The notes under the pieces: model-generated
Databases searched by the model: none
Seen by the model: the letters and a program-made list of their open reading frames with translations, nothing else
What the model was told of the DNA's origin: nothing
Made by a program: the position numbers and the translations under genes
Shown here: piece after piece, positions 61,390-64,000 of the stretch
How positions within the stretch are numbered: position 1 is the stretch's first letter
How the letters are laid out: each line of letters begins with the position of its first letter
Source of the DNA: a virus
Taxonomy: Duplodnaviria > Heunggongvirae > Uroviricota > Caudoviricetes
DNA: 64,000 bases
IMG/VR virus record: IMGVR_UViG_3300010163_002887
Direction: 5' to 3' (one strand)

Positions 61390-62259
61390 ATGGCTCCAAA
61401 ACGCTTAAATCTTACTTACGCATTGAAAGATGGATTGATTACTCATATTTCACAGGTAGAACGGGGAATAAAGTGTGGATGCTACTGTCCAGCTTGTGGC
61501 GACAAGCTAATCGCTAAAAAGGGTCAGAGTGTGATACATCATTTTGCCCATCAAGCGAGTAAAGACTGCGAATATAGCTACGAATCATCTTTGCATTTTG
61601 CAGCAAAGGAGATCCTATCCCGATCAAGGAAAATGTTGATCCCGCCTGTCTCTATTCATTTTCCCAACTCATACAAAAAGGACATTCTCCTTCATGATAC
61701 AACAGAAATAACAATTGATCGTGTTGAGCTAGAACATCGGTTTGACAATGTGGTACCTGACGTTGTTATTTATGTCGGGACAAAACGGCTCTATATAGAG
61801 ATATTTGTGGCCCACCGCGTCGATAAAGAAAAGCTTCACAAACTACAAGAGGCGAATATTTCAACTATTGAGATTGACCTCAGTAAACTTGATCATTCTA
61901 TTACCACAGAGGAACTTACTGCTTTGTTAACAGAAAACAATAATTCAAAAAATTGGTTATATAATGCATTTGCACATGAAAATTTAAGAAAATTCTATTA
62001 CGTTGCTGATTGGCGAAAGATTATATCAAAAGAATTTTATACCCGTGTTGATGGGTGTCCAATAGCGGTTCGGTCATGGCACGGAAAGGCTTATGCAAAT
62101 TTAGACGATTGTTTAGGTTGCGAATATTGCATCTCTCATACATACAAAGGAGGCATACTGTGCTCTGGCAGACAAAGGGTTTCTTCGATTCAAGATATTA
62201 AGACTCTTGAATCTCTTAGAAAAGACAAGCCTCCCAACAGCGGAAACAATTCGAATTAA
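61390..62259 (+). CDS. coiA: competence protein CoiA-like nuclease
   Basis: N-terminal zinc finger CGCYCPACGDKLIAKKG...HHFAH, then a PD-(D/E)xK-like core (IEID, DVVIYV). Confidence 0.6.
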   Translation: MAPKRLNLTYALKDGLITHISQVERGIKCGCYCPACGDKLIAKKGQSVIHHFAHQASKDCEYSYESSLHFAAKEILSRSRKMLIPPVSIHFPNSYKKDILLHDTTEITIDRVELEHRFDNVVPDVVIYVGTKRLYIEIFVAHRVDKEKLHKLQEANISTIEIDLSKLDHSITTEELTALLTENNNSKNWLYNAFAHENLRKFYYVADWRKIISKEFYTRVDGCPIAVRSWHGKAYANLDDCLGCEYCISHTYKGGILCSGRQRVSSIQDIKTLESLRKDKPPNSGNNSN

Positions 62260-62269
62260 TCTCCCCCCC

Positions 62270-62330
62270 ACTCCCTACCCTACTCAAAGCTCCCCACCAT
62301 CTGGTGAGGAGCTTGTTTTGTAAAAAAACA
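62270..62330. terminator. bidirectional terminator pair after coiA
   Basis: AAGCTCCCCACCATCTGGTGAGGAGCTTGTTTTG, then CAGGGTCTTGGATATCCAAGACCCTAA. Confidence 0.5.
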
Positions 62331-62443
62331 GGGTCTTGGATATCCAAGACCCTAAGATATGCTGTGGCAAAAACCGTGCCTGATACCACACCTCAAAAGT
62401 TATCGTTAATTTTTATGTTTCATCAGACATCTGAAAATTTAGT

Positions 62444-62519
62444 TGGAGCTTCCGACAGGAATCGAACCTGCAACCTACGGATTACAAATCAGTTGCTCTG
62501 CCAATTGAGCTACGGAAGC
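62444..62519 (-). tRNA. tRNA-Thr (anticodon TGT)
   Basis: Reverse complement gives GCTTCCG-TA-GCTC-AATTGGCA-GAGC-A-ACTGA-TTTGTAA-TCCGT...GGTTCGATTCC...CGGAAGC-T-CCA. Anticodon stem has one mismatch. Confidence 0.75.
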
Positions 62520-62861
62520 ATATGGCGGAGGGCGGCATCTCTCCGCCAAGAGGAATTTGTCAAAATACATACCCTTAAACCCATTTTAATTATACGGTAA
62601 GGAAAAAAATATAACAGAAAATCATGTCCAAAGATCAGGGCTATTTATGAATAATTTTTGTGCAATACGACCACTGATTGAGGATGCCATTGCGGATGGG
62701 GTGGGCGTGAGCGGATTGCGGGTGGGTGAGGGGCTGTATGGCCTGTTTGCCACTGGCCCGAAAAGGCTCACTTGGGGTTATGTTTCACAGTAATCTTAAA
62801 ATACTTGCTTTTCAACCTTGCAGGTGATATAGTATACGAAAAAACTATAGGTGGTGAAAAC

Positions 62862-64000
62862 ATGGAGTACGGAACAGTAGCTAATGCGATAGGAGAAAAA
62901 TACAGAAAGAAAATGTACAAAAAAATGCAAGGAAAACCAAATCCAGTTAAACTTATAATGTCAAGAACTTTCAGTAGCGCGGTAATGATTTTACAGGAGA
63001 TATCAGGTATCCCATTTGAGAAGTTGGCTTTTGGAATCTATAATTTTTGTATTGATCTGGAATTTAGAGAAATTGTCAAATTGTTTGATGCACAACTTGA
63101 ATTAGCTGGTATCGACGATGAGAAATTCATTTTTAGTTTGCATTCATTTTACAATGATGTTTCGTACAAAATAAGAAAAGAAGGAAAATATTATGAATTT
63201 GCTGAGTACATTGGAATGGTTGCAAGACTACATAGAGAAAAGAGGGGAATAATTGACAACAGAATTGCTGACGCTTATTTAAGCTTAATCCTTCAGACCC
63301 TTGAATACCTCCGGATAAACAAGTTTGATCTTAACAGTTGCGCCTATGGAGTTAGTACTAATGGTGAATTACTTATGGGAGTATACCCGCTTGCATATAG
63401 CGATCTCCCCGCAATAGAAATACAGAATGCAGTTTATAACGGAAAAAACTTTGAAAATCGAACAGAAGCGCTTCGTTTTATGAGTCAGATATACGCAAAG
63501 TATGGCTTTACAATTAATAATGAACAAGACCTGTCTGTCTTGACAGAAACACAAAAAATTCATGTGCTGACAACTGTTTCGCTCTTTCCATTTATTAACG
63601 AGTTCACGTTTGATATTGTCCCTCAAAAGGGATATAGCTCCTATTATCTGCCACTTGATAATATGAAGATAGATAACTCTGACACCGACTTGCTTAAAAC
63701 CCATTTGCAAAAAAGAATTCGCACTCTTCCAACAAATGGCGTTGTATTTAAAGTTGATGACCCTTCTGGTGAAATTAGCGAAATATTGATGAGGGAAATC
63801 TTGCATCATGATCGCATTTTTATGCTCTACCGCATTGATACAAACAACGGAAGTCTAGCTGGTTATTATGATACAAAAGACGGATTCTTTTTTTCGGTGA
63901 TGGAAGATGCATCGACAGATACCCCCTTCAAGAATTTAACATGCTTAATCTTATCCCTATACGCCTCCCAAGTGCTCCCCCAGACCCCCTCCCTTGACCT
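62862..64000 (+). CDS. hypothetical protein (5-prime partial; runs off the window end)
   Basis: Open frame from ATG 62862 (RBS AGGTGGTGAAAAC) to the window end, at least 379 codons; not in the ORF track, presumably because no stop falls inside the window. Confidence 0.45.
   Translation, partial: MEYGTVANAIGEKYRKKMYKKMQGKPNPVKLIMSRTFSSAVMILQEISGIPFEKLAFGIYNFCIDLEFREIVKLFDAQLELAGIDDEKFIFSLHSFYNDVSYKIRKEGKYYEFAEYIGMVARLHREKRGIIDNRIADAYLSLILQTLEYLRINKFDLNSCAYGVSTNGELLMGVYPLAYSDLPAIEIQNAVYNGKNFENRTEALRFMSQIYAKYGFTINNEQDLSVLTETQKIHVLTTVSLFPFINEFTFDIVPQKGYSSYYLPLDNMKIDNSDTDLLKTHLQKRIRTLPTNGVVFKVDDPSGEISEILMREILHHDRIFMLYRIDTNNGSLAGYYDTKDGFFFSVMEDASTDTPFKNLTCLILSLYASQVLPQTPSLD

Noticed and set aside
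62304-62600. 98-aa ORF overlapping tRNA-Thr, and the 73-aa ORF at 10640..10861 overlapping tRNA-Pro
   Set aside because: They overlap clear tRNA genes and their terminators.

Overview
This 64-kb window looks like an accessory-rich chromosomal segment of a low-GC Firmicutes, probably Clostridia-like: it carries an interrupted spoVT, an SLH-domain surface protein, a SleB-like hydrolase and an NAD-dependent ligase. It is a mosaic of mobile and phage-derived modules. (1) 0.3-10.6 kb is a conjugative-element remnant on the minus strand (two tandem VirD4/TraG-like coupling-protein paralogs, a sortase-like protein, an AAA ATPase, small Zn-ribbon proteins and two unknown paralog pairs) ending at a minus-strand tRNA-Pro. 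(2) ligA. (3) 13-21.6 kb is prophage-like (SleB-like hydrolase, double-domain ThyX, Lar-like, SLOG/DUF1273, YkgJ-like, XRE). (4) 22.3-27.5 kb is a minimal Tn7-like transposon (tnsA-like, tnsB, tnsC, tniQ) next to an odd GC-rich structured non-coding stretch. (5) An SPFH protein, a frameshifted DUF488 and an amber-interrupted spoVT. (6) A radical-SAM / Cys-rich / DUF262 gene set bounded by about 55-bp direct repeats. (7) An NAD salvage island (nadV, nadE, pncA-like, prs-like). (8) A 7-gene minus-strand operon: a dNMP-kinase-like gene plus six unknowns. (9) A large SLH surface protein. (10) 46-52.7 kb is a phage-like array of small minus-strand genes with a compositionally foreign 1.25-kb GC-rich insert. 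(11) nrdD-nrdG with a LAGLIDADG intein and a standalone ATP-cone paralog. (12) A nucleotidyltransferase, a SpoT-type HD hydrolase, CCA-adding enzyme and CoiA, then tRNA-Thr and a partial unknown gene. Scattered throughout are at least 10 copies of an intergenic repeat with core CCGCAAAGGCA(ACCCCCTC) beside short GC hairpins of varying sequence, plus a second 3-copy motif (CAACTCCCCAC). No CRISPR array and no rRNA were seen. All calls rest on motifs read by eye from the translations; no database search was possible.
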